Of a DNA stretch of 64,000 nt, positions 49,286 to 59,150 are shown one piece after another. The stretch is from Patescibacteria group bacterium. GTDB lineage: Bacteria; Patescibacteriota; JABMPQ01; JAQVVF01. The notes beneath the pieces were generated by a model that was not told where the DNA came from, made no database searches, and saw only the letters and a program-made list of their open reading frames with translations. How positions within the stretch are numbered: the stretch's first letter is position 1; every line of letters begins with the position of its first letter. The position numbers and the translations under genes are program-made. The stretch is taken from NCBI GenBank assembly GCA_028699085.1, contig JAQVVF010000002.1, positions 132,557 through 196,556 on the forward strand. Reading direction: 5' to 3'.

Positions 49286-49909
49286 ATGATCAAAATTTCA
49301 AAACATTTTTTTATAATTCTAGTTTTAATTTTATCAACTTATCTTTTGATAAATACGCCAACTATAATTAATCAAACAGATTTAAATTTTAAAAAACAAA
49401 AAAAGATTAAACAAGCAACAAAGATTCTTAATCATAAGTCATACAATAACAACACCTTAATCATTCCAAATTTAGGAATTTCTGCGCCAATAAAATTTAT
49501 TAAAAAACCTGCCCGCAATGCTACGCATAGCGTTGCAGGCGGGCAAAATGAAGAAATAATTTTGGAAAATTTGAAAAAGGGGATTGTCCATTTTCCCTTA
49601 ACCTCCAAACCAAACAAAATCGGCAATTCAGTTTATATCGGTCATTCTTCAAATTCTTTATGGAACAGGGGAGATTATGATTCAGTTTTTTTAAATCTAA
49701 ACCAAATAAAAAAAGACAATCTCATCTTTATTGCCTATAATAATAAATTATATAAATATAAAACTTTCCAAAAATTCTACATCAGCCCTTCTGATCTTTC
49801 AATCTTCAATCAAACAAATAATAAAATCATTACTCTTTTAACTTGCTGGCCACCTAACACTACATTCTCTCGTCTCGCAGTCCAGGCAAAACAAATAAAA
49901 TATAAGTAA
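49286..49909 (+). CDS. sortase-family transpeptidase (N-terminal TM anchor)
   Basis: Catalytic His in YIGHSS, Cys in TLLTCWPP (TLxTC), Arg in SRLAV; start refined to MIKISKHFFIILVLIL at 49286 (the track's extension from 49178 covers a TATAAT promoter-like region). Confidence 0.7.
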   Translation: MIKISKHFFIILVLILSTYLLINTPTIINQTDLNFKKQKKIKQATKILNHKSYNNNTLIIPNLGISAPIKFIKKPARNATHSVAGGQNEEIILENLKKGIVHFPLTSKPNKIGNSVYIGHSSNSLWNRGDYDSVFLNLNQIKKDNLIFIAYNNKLYKYKTFQKFYISPSDLSIFNQTNNKIITLLTCWPPNTTFSRLAVQAKQIKYK

Positions 49910-50009
49910 TTTAACAAAAAAAACAAAAAGTGATATTATTAACTATCCCATCTAGTTAGATCTTTTTAAAAAAACAGCCCCCCAAAACCTCAAACAAGGA
50001 GGAGAAAAA

Positions 50010-50300
50010 ATGGCAACAAAAAAGATTTTGTCCAAATTGTTTATTAGCATGATTGCTCTCTTCATTCTGTTTCCATCAATTTCTTTTGCCAAAGGCAGTG
50101 TTTCAGCAACTTTGACTGTCACTGCAACTGTTGTAAAACCAACAACCTTGCAAATTTCCAAAGTTACTACCAAAGGAGTAGTATCAGACAAAACCTCAAC
50201 AGTGACTTATAACGCCGTTTCTGATGTAGAACCAATTATTGAAGTCAAAAAAGAAATCATCAAAGGGCAATTTGTCGAAATTGTGACTATAACTTTCTAG
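50010..50300 (+). CDS. small secreted beta-rich protein, paralog 1 of 3
   Basis: SD AAGGAGGAGAAAAA; signal peptide cleavage ~SFA/KG; mature ~68 aa; C-terminus KKEIIKGQFVEIVTITF. Confidence 0.6.
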   Translation: MATKKILSKLFISMIALFILFPSISFAKGSVSATLTVTATVVKPTTLQISKVTTKGVVSDKTSTVTYNAVSDVEPIIEVKKEIIKGQFVEIVTITF

Positions 50301-50330
50301 AAATTCCGCAGAAAAAAGGAGAATAAAATA

Positions 50331-50618
50331 ATGACAAAAAAAAGATTGCTTGAATTGCTCATCGCAACATTTGCCTTCCTCATTTTCTTGCCAACAGCTT
50401 CTTTTGCCCAAGGCAGTGGTTCAGGAACAATGATTGTCACTGCAACTCCCGTAAAACCAACAACTTTGCATCTCTCCAAAGCTACTGTCAAAAGAATCGT
50501 CTCCGACAAAACTGTATCAATTAGTTACAATGCCATTTCTGATCTATCGCCAGTAATTGAAGTAAAAAAAGAAATCATCAAAGGACAGTTTGTCGAAATT
50601 GTGACTGTAACTTTCTAG
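50331..50618 (+). CDS. small secreted beta-rich protein, paralog 2 of 3
   Basis: SD AAAAGGAGAATAAAATA; ~65% identity to paralog 1 with identical C-terminal block VIEVKKEIIKGQFVEIVTVTF. Confidence 0.6.
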   Translation: MTKKRLLELLIATFAFLIFLPTASFAQGSGSGTMIVTATPVKPTTLHLSKATVKRIVSDKTVSISYNAISDLSPVIEVKKEIIKGQFVEIVTVTF

Positions 50619-50646
50619 AAATTCCATAGAAAAAAGGAGAAAAAAA

Positions 50647-50940
50647 ATGGCAACAAAAAAAATATTGTCAGGATTATTCTTTGCAATTATCGCCTTCCTC
50701 ATCTTTTTGCCAGCAACTTCTTTTGCCAAAGGCAGTGCTTCAGGAACAATGATCGTCAGTGTCACTGGCGCAGCAAAACCAAAAACATTACAAATCTCCA
50801 AAGCTACTGTCAAAAACATGGCTTCTGATGAAACAATAGAAATCAGATATAATCCAGTATCAGATATAAAACCGCTAATCGAAATCACAAAAAAAATCAT
50901 CAGAGATCAATTTGTTGAAACCATTACTATAATTTTCTGA
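50647..50940 (+). CDS. small secreted beta-rich protein, paralog 3 of 3
   Basis: SD AAAAAGGAGAAAAAAA; most divergent paralog (LIEITKKIIRDQFVETITIIF); followed by a terminator. Confidence 0.6.
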   Translation: MATKKILSGLFFAIIAFLIFLPATSFAKGSASGTMIVSVTGAAKPKTLQISKATVKNMASDETIEIRYNPVSDIKPLIEITKKIIRDQFVETITIIF

Positions 50941-50961
50941 AATTCCTGCTTTTTAAAAATC

Positions 50962-50990
50962 AAAAACCCCACTTTAATGGGGCTTTTTTT
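50962..50990. terminator. bidirectional rho-independent terminator
   Basis: AAAAA-CCCCActttaaTGGGG-CTTTTTTT. Confidence 0.65.
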
Positions 50991-52359
50991 ATTTCTCTAT
51001 TTTTTTAACTTCAGCTCTCGCTTTTTTACCTGCATCAATTATATTTTTTGTTTTTTCTTTTTTATTTGAAACTTTGGCACTATTTTCATTAAATTTTTTC
51101 TTCATCACTTCCTTATAATCTTTTGTTTCTTTCCATAATTTAAAAGGAATAGTATAGCTTACTGCTTTTCCATATTTCAAAGAATAAGCAATTTGTTTTG
51201 TATTATATCCGCCATAAATATAAGCATTTTTCAAATTAATCCATTTCCAAGTATATGCTTTTGGCAAATATTTTGCTCGATCTTTTTTGGTCTTAAAATA
51301 ATTTTTCTTTAAGTTTTTTGTTAATTCAGCAACTAAAACTTTTTGTTCTGCTTTAGTAATCTTTTTCTTCCCGTATGGTCCAATTTTAATATTAGTATAC
51401 CAACCCCAAGCTGGTTTTGGTTGCATATCTTTTTTCAGCAAACCAAAATGATCTTCATATAATCCACGATAATCGTAGTTTCTAATATTATAAAGTAAAA
51501 TTGTTTCTACGTATTTGCGTCTTAATATTTCTGGAATTGCATTTTCAAAATATTCTTTTTGCATTTGATCTGTAATTCCTGTACCGCCAGTTGAAGCGCC
51601 CATTTCTGTGATCCAGATCTTATGATTTTTTTTATACTTTTTCATTATCAAGCTTGCTCGATCTAAATCAGATAACAATGCATTCAAGCTTCTGCCTTCT
51701 AAAAAATATTGATTAGCATAATACAAATGGATGCCTAATCCATCAAAATAGTTTCCATATTTTTGATACATTTGTTCGATAAAATGTGGATTTGGCCAAG
51801 ATAATCCGCCTGTAATTACTATCGCATCTGGATCAACCATTTTTATAACAGTATAAGCAGGTTTCAAAATCATTCCATAAGCTTTTGGATTATTAGGAGT
51901 CAAATAAGTAGGTGAGTCAGGTTCATTCCAAACTTCCCAAACATCCACATAATCTTTATAACGATCCGCAACTAGCGCCACAAATTCACGCCAGATTACT
52001 TCATTTGGTACACGAAAATCATCATGATCTTTATTATATGCCAACATACCGACTACTTTGATGTTTTGTTTTTTATAATCCTCCATTATCAAATCATAAC
52101 GATTTAGCCATGCATCAATATCATTGCCCCATAAAGATTCCATCTGAAAATGCTCTCGAACAATCTTAGTTTTGCTATCTTTTAATCTAATATCATAATC
52201 ATCATCCAAGCCATCATTATCTCCGCCTAAAACCCAATGCACATTCAAACCTACCTTGTCTTTATAAGGAATAGGATTTACCTTAGCTAAGCCAAAACCT
52301 GGCAAAAACACGCTTGCTAGAAATAGCACTAAAGTTGTCAAAATAAGGCTCTTTTTCAT
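50989..52359 (-). CDS. secreted clan GH-A glycoside hydrolase (GH5/GH39-like) with Lys-rich C-terminal tail
   Basis: Signal peptide; WEVWNEPD (acid/base NEP) and IWITEMG (nucleophile TE); C-terminal ~70 aa Lys-rich. Confidence 0.7.
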   Translation of the reverse strand: MKKSLILTTLVLFLASVFLPGFGLAKVNPIPYKDKVGLNVHWVLGGDNDGLDDDYDIRLKDSKTKIVREHFQMESLWGNDIDAWLNRYDLIMEDYKKQNIKVVGMLAYNKDHDDFRVPNEVIWREFVALVADRYKDYVDVWEVWNEPDSPTYLTPNNPKAYGMILKPAYTVIKMVDPDAIVITGGLSWPNPHFIEQMYQKYGNYFDGLGIHLYYANQYFLEGRSLNALLSDLDRASLIMKKYKKNHKIWITEMGASTGGTGITDQMQKEYFENAIPEILRRKYVETILLYNIRNYDYRGLYEDHFGLLKKDMQPKPAWGWYTNIKIGPYGKKKITKAEQKVLVAELTKNLKKNYFKTKKDRAKYLPKAYTWKWINLKNAYIYGGYNTKQIAYSLKYGKAVSYTIPFKLWKETKDYKEVMKKKFNENSAKVSNKKEKTKNIIDAGKKARAEVKKIEK

Positions 52360-52460
52360 AATGTCTAAGTATATAACATAATAATGATTTTGTCAAATTC
52401 TGATACTAAAAAAAATACTTAAAATTGACATCTTTTTTTCTTTAAAATACGCTAAATTAT

Positions 52461-52811
52461 TCACTTCAAATCATTATCACAAATACTCGACAATAAGATT
52501 GCTTGATCATGAAAAGCCTGCAGAGCCACTTGATATGCTTTTTTGCCTTTTTTAGTTAATGAATAAACTTTCTTTTTCTTTTTACCAATCGCTACTTCAT
52601 TCTTTTCAACATACTTGCCTCTTAATAATAGATTTAAAGTTGGATATATTGTCCCAAAAGATGGGGAACAATAACCAAAAGAATTGCGAAAAACTAAAGA
52701 AGCAAGTTCATATCCATAACATTCTTTATCATACAGTGCTGACAAAATAAAAAATTTCGTAATTGATTTTTTAATTAAATCGTCCCAATATTTTTTTGTT
52801 TCCAGTTTCAT
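52461..52811 (-). CDS. PadR-family transcriptional regulator
   Basis: CYGYELASLV...GTIYPTLNLLLRGKYVEKNE winged-helix signature. Confidence 0.75.
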   Translation of the reverse strand: MKLETKKYWDDLIKKSITKFFILSALYDKECYGYELASLVFRNSFGYCSPSFGTIYPTLNLLLRGKYVEKNEVAIGKKKKKVYSLTKKGKKAYQVALQAFHDQAILLSSICDNDLK

Positions 52812-53290
52812 ATTTTATATAGTTATCCAATATATTGTCTATCGATATATATTATATAATAATTAAATTAATTTATTAAATAATTATCCACAAAAATAAA
52901 ATGGGGAATAGGATTTTTTTTAAAAACCAACTCAAATATCAATTATTATTTATAATAATCAATAAAAAATATTAATATTATTCTCTTTTCTCGCTTCTGA
53001 CTTCTCTATAGATAAAACTGCTACTTTGATTTTCTCATAAATATAAAATCACTAAAATCATAAAATTTTTGAATTTTGAAATTAGATATTAATAAATTGA
53101 ATGGAAATTAAGAATTAGAAATTAAAAATTAACGTTTTATTTAACAAAAAACTTTTTTATTCAAAAAATAAATAAAAATTGCAATGGGGAAGTGCAGGGG
53201 ATTTGTTTTTTTCGCTCTACTCTTCTCTATTCCCTATTTTTAATACTTTATTTTAATTTTTTTATACAAAATGCTATACTATATCTAACA

Positions 53291-54127
53291 ATGAAAAAAT
53301 ATCTAATTATTTTTGGCTTGATAATTGTCTTTGCAACAGTTATGTATACCTCCTACTCCCAAAAAAAGCCAAACAAAACAAATTCACAAAAAGCAAGCGG
53401 TGCCTTAATTAAACATCTAAAAATTGATCCGGAAATTATTGATCGTGAAACAAGAGTGCCAATTATTCTCTATCATTATGTTAGAGACATCGCTCCTCAA
53501 CCAGACAATTTAGGCTGGGGTCTTTCTGTCCCTCCATCTACCTTCCAACAACAAATGGATTATTTAGTCAAAGAAAATTATACAACCATTACTCCAAATA
53601 ATCTTTATCAATATCTAAAGTATGGAACACCATTGCCACCAAAACCAATTATGCTCACTTTTGATGATGGCTATTTAGATTTTTTTGAAGAAGTCTTTCC
53701 TGTCCTTCGCGATAATCATTTGACTGCCACCAACTTTATTATTTCCAATTTTCTTGGACGAGAACAATATCTTGATTGGTATCACTTAAAATATATGGTA
53801 GCATCTGGCAGAGTTTTTGTTGGAGGACATACCTTGAATCACATGAAATTAACCGAAGTTAATTCAGAACAGCTAGATCAAGAAATTGCAATTAACAAAG
53901 CATCTTTAGAAGAAGGATTAGATACAAAAATTGACTATTTCGCCTATCCTTATGGTAGCTATGATGATAATGTTTTAAATGCGCTCAAAAAAAATAAATA
54001 CAAAGCTGCTTTTACAACTGAAAATGGCAATATCCATAAAACCAGCCAATTATTAAAATTGCCAAGAATCAAAGTCGGAGGCGGAGATACTGTCCAAACC
54101 TTTGCTGAAAAAATTAAAACTGAATAA
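53291..54127 (+). CDS. polysaccharide deacetylase (NodB-homology, CE4)
   Basis: MLTFDDGYLDF (TFDDG), GGHTLNHMKL, FAYPYGSYD; N-terminal TM; start refined to MKKYLIIF (53291). Confidence 0.8.
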   Translation: MKKYLIIFGLIIVFATVMYTSYSQKKPNKTNSQKASGALIKHLKIDPEIIDRETRVPIILYHYVRDIAPQPDNLGWGLSVPPSTFQQQMDYLVKENYTTITPNNLYQYLKYGTPLPPKPIMLTFDDGYLDFFEEVFPVLRDNHLTATNFIISNFLGREQYLDWYHLKYMVASGRVFVGGHTLNHMKLTEVNSEQLDQEIAINKASLEEGLDTKIDYFAYPYGSYDDNVLNALKKNKYKAAFTTENGNIHKTSQLLKLPRIKVGGGDTVQTFAEKIKTE

Positions 54128-54182
54128 TTAGCCAAATTAAAAATACCGAATTAAATCGGTATTTTTTAATCCAAATTTTATC

Positions 54183-54557
54183 TTATTTTTTCATATAATC
54201 TTGTATTGCTTGATGCAACACAGATGCCGCAAAATTAGAACATAATAATTTTTGTGCTGGCATTCCTCCCAATGCTTTGACAACATCAATATCAGTTATC
54301 TTTAAAGCTTCGTCAACCGTTTTATTCATTGCCAAACTAGTTAACATCGAACTTGCAGCCATACTCGCCACGCAACCTAAAGTTTGAAATTTAATATCTT
54401 TAATAATATTATTTTCGATTCTAAGAGTTAATTTGATTGTATCGCCACAAAGCGATTTTTTATTTGCTGACATGGCAAAAGCATTATAGCCTTTCACTTC
54501 ACCAACATTTCTAGGATGTTCAAAATGATCCAAAACTAATTTCGTATATTTTTCCAT
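54183..54557 (-). CDS. Fe-S cluster assembly scaffold, NifU-N/IscU/SufU-like
   Basis: HPRNVGEVKGY...CGDTIKL...GCVASMAASSML...LCSNFAASVLHQAI: three conserved Cys in IscU-like context. Confidence 0.75.
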   Translation of the reverse strand: MEKYTKLVLDHFEHPRNVGEVKGYNAFAMSANKKSLCGDTIKLTLRIENNIIKDIKFQTLGCVASMAASSMLTSLAMNKTVDEALKITDIDVVKALGGMPAQKLLCSNFAASVLHQAIQDYMKK

Positions 54558-54575
54558 AACACAAATTATTTACAC

Positions 54576-54603
54576 GAAGGCGAGAAATCGATTTCTCGCC
54601 TTC
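54576..54603. other. 28-nt perfect palindrome GAAGGCGAGAAATCGATTTCTCGCCTTC
   Basis: 12-bp stem / 4-nt loop hairpin between the ABC-F gene and the IscU-like gene; no adjacent U-run. Confidence 0.5.
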
Positions 54604-54614
54604 GCTTTAAAAAC

Positions 54615-56339
54615 TCATAATTTAAAATTTCTCGCTTTTTTCGCTGCATCTTCCCTAGCCTTTTCCGCATAAGCAAAAGGACTTTCTTTAACTTCAGCAA
54701 TTGAAGTCAAACCTTTCTGCTTTGTCAAAACTAAATTCCTTGGTTTTACAGTTGAACCAACTTTTTTTCCAACATCCAATGACAAAGCTTTCATTAAATC
54801 AACATCATGAGTTGAAATAACTAAAGCTCCAGGAAAATTCTGCATTGCTTTAGTAATTCTTGCTTGTAATTGTCGATCCATGTGATTTGTCGGCTCATCT
54901 AAAACTAGAACATCAACATTTTCAACAGAGCTTACAGCCAAAAACCAAAGCAATCTTTGTTCTCCGCCAGAGAATGTACTTAACTTTCTTTTTAACCACG
55001 AAGCCTCAAATTTCTTTCCGCCACCGAAACTTAAATCTCTCGCTTCTTGCGAAAATCTTCCAGGTTGAACATTGCTATGAGGATCAACACTTTCTTTTAC
55101 CCAAGAAAAAAAGTCATCTAATGTTCCAGATGCAATCTCTTCTGGCCAAAACTGCGGCATATATGCAAAATTTATACCCTTTAACTTGTCAAAGCTTTGC
55201 AGATTCTTACCACGTCCTTCAACCAAAGCTTCCATTAATTTTGTTTTTCCTGTCCCATTTTCGCCAGATAAAAATACTACTTCGCCAGCTTGAACAGAAG
55301 GAAATTTAACTTTTTTTAAAGGAGAATTAGGAACAGTCAACCATTCTGGAGCACTGATTACTGATTCGCCATGTGTCCATTTCTTTTTCCTCCATTCTAT
55401 ATCTCCAGAAATAACAGAAAAATTTTTCCTTGATCGATCTTTCAAATATTTTTCATAAGTTGTTGTCGATTGTCTGACTTCTCTTCCTTTTTCATCAGCT
55501 GCTGCTTCAATCACACCATCAGATCCTGCACCTCGAAGAAACCAATCAACATGACTAATACTAGCAATTGATGTGCCTGCTTTTTTATAAACATCAAACA
55601 ATGCAGTCAATTTTGCAATACTTACCATATCTAAATGGTTTGTTGGCTCATCCAATAGCAAAACATCTGGCTCTGATGCTAGAACAGTCAGCAAAACAAC
55701 TTTTGTTCTTTCTCCGCCAGATAGTTGATTAACTTTGCGATCTAAAAATTCCTCCATATTAAATAAGGAAGCAACCTTTGAAATCAATTCTTCAATTCTT
55801 CGATGTGCTTCTTCATTTGCTGTATTTTGTTCAAAAAGATCAACGTCTTCCCAATTAATCGGTAATTGCTTTTTAAAATATTCTGCCGACTGAGCTAAAA
55901 CATCTCTAGCTTTCATATCGCCAATTTGTCCCAATATTTCTTCCTGATTCAACCTCGCAATTCTTAATTTTTCTCTAGAACGTTCAGATTTTCCATAGAT
56001 CATTCCTCCTGCGCCACCTTTTGTTTCAAAATCAGCATTTCTAATTTCCATTAAAGCATCAAAGATAGTTGTTTTACCAGAACCATTCGGACCAATAACA
56101 ACAACACTCTTGCCTGCTTCTAAAGCAAGTCGATCTACTTTCATTGCTGGATCACAACGATTTATTTCAGAATTAACTGCTCCAACCATAGCACCCAAAC
56201 TCCTCGTTTTTTCAACATTTCCTTTGCCACCTGGCTCTTTATCAACGATATGCAAATCCAAAGCTCTTTTTAATTCTGGATTTATTTCACCCTCCAAATA
56301 TTGTTCCATTCCTTCCATTTCTCTTGATGCTAATACCAT
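54615..56339 (-). CDS. ABC-F family ATPase (tandem ABC domains, no TM domain; EttA/Uup-like)
   Basis: Walker A GPNGSGKTT and GENGTGKTK; signatures LSGGERTKV and FSGGEQRLL; D-loops LLLDEPTNHLD and LVLDEPTNHMD; ~75-aa N-terminal extension. Confidence 0.85.
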   Translation of the reverse strand: MVLASREMEGMEQYLEGEINPELKRALDLHIVDKEPGGKGNVEKTRSLGAMVGAVNSEINRCDPAMKVDRLALEAGKSVVVIGPNGSGKTTIFDALMEIRNADFETKGGAGGMIYGKSERSREKLRIARLNQEEILGQIGDMKARDVLAQSAEYFKKQLPINWEDVDLFEQNTANEEAHRRIEELISKVASLFNMEEFLDRKVNQLSGGERTKVVLLTVLASEPDVLLLDEPTNHLDMVSIAKLTALFDVYKKAGTSIASISHVDWFLRGAGSDGVIEAAADEKGREVRQSTTTYEKYLKDRSRKNFSVISGDIEWRKKKWTHGESVISAPEWLTVPNSPLKKVKFPSVQAGEVVFLSGENGTGKTKLMEALVEGRGKNLQSFDKLKGINFAYMPQFWPEEIASGTLDDFFSWVKESVDPHSNVQPGRFSQEARDLSFGGGKKFEASWLKRKLSTFSGGEQRLLWFLAVSSVENVDVLVLDEPTNHMDRQLQARITKAMQNFPGALVISTHDVDLMKALSLDVGKKVGSTVKPRNLVLTKQKGLTSIAEVKESPFAYAEKAREDAAKKARNFKL

Positions 56340-56356
56340 AAAATTATTCTTAATAA

Positions 56357-58264
56357 TTATTTTAATCTTGTAATAATTAATGAATGAGCTGCTTCATCAG
56401 GCCCCAGCTCATCATCATTATACGATCCAAGATTTTCATCTTCTTCATCTTGCTCAATTAAATCATAGCTAGTAGAATAATTACGTTTTCCTTTTCTAAA
56501 TTCATATTCTATCAAACCCTCTGCACGCAAAGACTTCAAAGCTTCAGTCAATCCATTTGAGTCGAATCCTTGATTTTGTCCACCAAAATAAATATATTGG
56601 TTTACAGGTCCAAGGATATATTTTCCTCCAACTGTCAAAAAATTTATTGCCTTTGTAATATCTTTACTAAAACCATTACGGTCCATTCTATTCCATCCGT
56701 GCATAGTTACTGAAGTCAAAGCTAAAATACGATCCTGTGGATCCAACCCAGACATATCATAGGGGAAAAAACCATGTACCGGAACTGCTTTCTGAGTATG
56801 CTGGACAAAAAAACGATCTCTAACCATTGCTTCCTCAAAAGAACGTAAATATGCAAACAAGCTCTTTTCATTCAAAGGTATCTTATCTTCTTGTATTTTA
56901 TCATATAAAGATTTTAATTTTGGCCAAAATTCCTTCCCATAAATCAACATATTTTCTGTCTGCCTCATTATCGTTTCTAAAAACTTTCTAGTTCGCAAGT
57001 TAACTGGGTAGCCAGGAACGAATACTCCAAAAGCGCCATCCGACATTAATCCTGTTGACCTTGCTTCAGCAATATCTGAATCATATAAAGGATCTTGAAA
57101 ATTATTTGGATCAACAAAGGCAATCATATCATAATAAAAGTTCTCTAAATAATTCATTCCATTTGTAACTAATTGCGCAGATTTACCTCTTGGCAATTCC
57201 TCAAGCCAATATTCAACTTGTTCTATCATTCTATCCAAATCTGGAACCTTATCTTTTAAACGTTCTCTTGGAAAATTAGACAAGTATTTCTTCCAACGTA
57301 TTATGAAATCATCCCATTTTTCTGGCTGATCCTTGTAACTCATAATTTCTTGTTTACACTGAAAAAAATCTCTCAATCCTTTTTTCCCTTCATCATAATC
57401 AAAATCATTTTCAAAATCATCAATCGCCCAAGTACCATTTATCAATTTTTTAATTTTTGCCCTCAGTTCCCACACTCTAACTTCAAAAGATTTTTCCTCA
57501 GCTGCTTCTAAAGTCCTCTGAAATTCCAAAGAAGCAACAATATCTCCCATCAATTCTATTCCTTTATTAACCATCAAACAATATGGACTACCGTATTCTG
57601 GCGTTGCCATACCATGCATTCTTTTAAGCGCCGAAAAATCTTCATCGTATAGCGATGAAAGCCAATTCTTTGTAATGTCTTTTTTATCATTGCCTGTATT
57701 TTTTTCTATCGCCAACCTCAATATCGGAGGCATAATCTCATCAGCATATTCATATTCAATTATAGTTACACCTTCTTTGTCACAAGCTTGATATGGATCA
57801 CCAATTACCGCAATCTTTGCACCTTTTGGCCAAACTTCGCTTTTTGGTAAATCAAACAACTCTGGGTACATCCAAGCAGGTCGAGATTTTACTTTCTTTG
57901 CTGATTCACTTGCATCTTGCAACCATTCTTCTTCATATCTAGATGGAATACGTAATGAAGTTAGTTCTTTATTATTGCCAGAAAAACGATAAACGCCTTT
58001 CTCATCTTCCAGATTTAATACTAAATAATATCTTTTATCACTATCTTCTGATTCATTTTCGCAATCCAGTTCTTTAGCATATATCAAACCATTATAATCT
58101 CTCAAATCTGCCTCTTTTGTCCCTACGTACTTATATCCCCATTTTCTAAAATCACTTGAATTGTTTTGAACTATTCTTTCGATATCAACCTCATCTAAAA
58201 AATCATTGCGCTTAAAATCTCCAGTTAACTGAGCTGGTAATTCTTCTTCAAAATTTTCTCGCAT
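56357..58264 (-). CDS. large cytoplasmic protein of unknown function (635 aa)
   Basis: Uninterrupted ORF, no signal peptide or TM, no recognised motifs; acidic C-terminus; 11 nt after znuB-like and 17 nt before the ABC-F gene; apparently elevated GC. Confidence 0.5.
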   Translation of the reverse strand: MRENFEEELPAQLTGDFKRNDFLDEVDIERIVQNNSSDFRKWGYKYVGTKEADLRDYNGLIYAKELDCENESEDSDKRYYLVLNLEDEKGVYRFSGNNKELTSLRIPSRYEEEWLQDASESAKKVKSRPAWMYPELFDLPKSEVWPKGAKIAVIGDPYQACDKEGVTIIEYEYADEIMPPILRLAIEKNTGNDKKDITKNWLSSLYDEDFSALKRMHGMATPEYGSPYCLMVNKGIELMGDIVASLEFQRTLEAAEEKSFEVRVWELRAKIKKLINGTWAIDDFENDFDYDEGKKGLRDFFQCKQEIMSYKDQPEKWDDFIIRWKKYLSNFPRERLKDKVPDLDRMIEQVEYWLEELPRGKSAQLVTNGMNYLENFYYDMIAFVDPNNFQDPLYDSDIAEARSTGLMSDGAFGVFVPGYPVNLRTRKFLETIMRQTENMLIYGKEFWPKLKSLYDKIQEDKIPLNEKSLFAYLRSFEEAMVRDRFFVQHTQKAVPVHGFFPYDMSGLDPQDRILALTSVTMHGWNRMDRNGFSKDITKAINFLTVGGKYILGPVNQYIYFGGQNQGFDSNGLTEALKSLRAEGLIEYEFRKGKRNYSTSYDLIEQDEEDENLGSYNDDELGPDEAAHSLIITRLK

Positions 58265-58275
58265 AATTTCTTAAT

Positions 58276-59097
58276 TTATTTATTATATCCCTTCAAAATA
58301 AACACTCTATAAAAAGATACTACCAAAATAAAAATTACTGTCCCACACAAAACAATCACTGCTCCACTTGGCAAATCAAAAACATAAGATAAAATCAAAC
58401 CAGACAAAACAGTAATTTCTCCAATTATAATACTTAAAATAATTAACGATTTAAATGACTTAGAAACAATTTTTGCTGTTGAAGCTGGAATTATCAATAA
58501 AGCAGAAACTAATATGATTCCTAAAATTTTTACTCCCAAAACAATTGCGATTGCCAAAAAAACATTAAATAATATTTCAAACAACGAGACATTAATTCCT
58601 GCTAAATAAGCGCCTTCTTTATCAAAAGCAACTAAAGATAATTTTTTATAAAATATAGCTAAAAATATTATTACCACAACAGAAATACTCGCCATCAAAA
58701 TCAAATCATTTATACTAACTGCTAAAATATTACCAAACATAAAACTAATCAAATCAGGCTGATAACCTGATTTAAAGCTCATTAATACAACGCCCAAAGC
58801 TAGACTCGCAGTAAACAAAATTCCAATTATTGCATCAACTGACAGCTTAGTCTTTTTTTCTAAAACATAAATTAATAAAGCAATAATTACACTATAAAAT
58901 ATTGCAATGACCAATGGGTTTAAAGATGCTAAAAGACCAATTGCAATTCCAGCTAATGATGCATGTGCAATTCCATCACCTAAGAAAGACATTCTTTTTA
59001 AGACTGCAAAAACTCCCAAAAATGCCAAAAGCACTGCTAGAATGATTCCAGCAATCAACGCCCTTTGCATAAATGGAAATTGTAGAATTTCGATCAT
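58276..59097 (-). CDS. znuB: metal (Zn/Mn) ABC transporter permease, ABC-3 family
   Basis: 8 TM segments, ZnuB/MntB-like conserved loop; adjacent to the ZnuC-like and ZnuA-like genes. Confidence 0.8.
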   Translation of the reverse strand: MIEILQFPFMQRALIAGIILAVLLAFLGVFAVLKRMSFLGDGIAHASLAGIAIGLLASLNPLVIAIFYSVIIALLIYVLEKKTKLSVDAIIGILFTASLALGVVLMSFKSGYQPDLISFMFGNILAVSINDLILMASISVVVIIFLAIFYKKLSLVAFDKEGAYLAGINVSLFEILFNVFLAIAIVLGVKILGIILVSALLIIPASTAKIVSKSFKSLIILSIIIGEITVLSGLILSYVFDLPSGAVIVLCGTVIFILVVSFYRVFILKGYNK

Positions 59098-59150
59098 TTT
59101 TAATTTTTACTTGCAACTTTTACCTTTTTACTTTTGACTTTTTACTTTTT

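Noticed and set aside
49952-50900. Minus-strand ORFs 49952-50191, 50297-50509 and 50544-50900 overlapping the three small secreted-protein genes
   Set aside because: They lie antisense to three plus-strand genes that have strong SDs, signal peptides and a terminator; they mirror the paralogous structure simply because they are the reverse frames.
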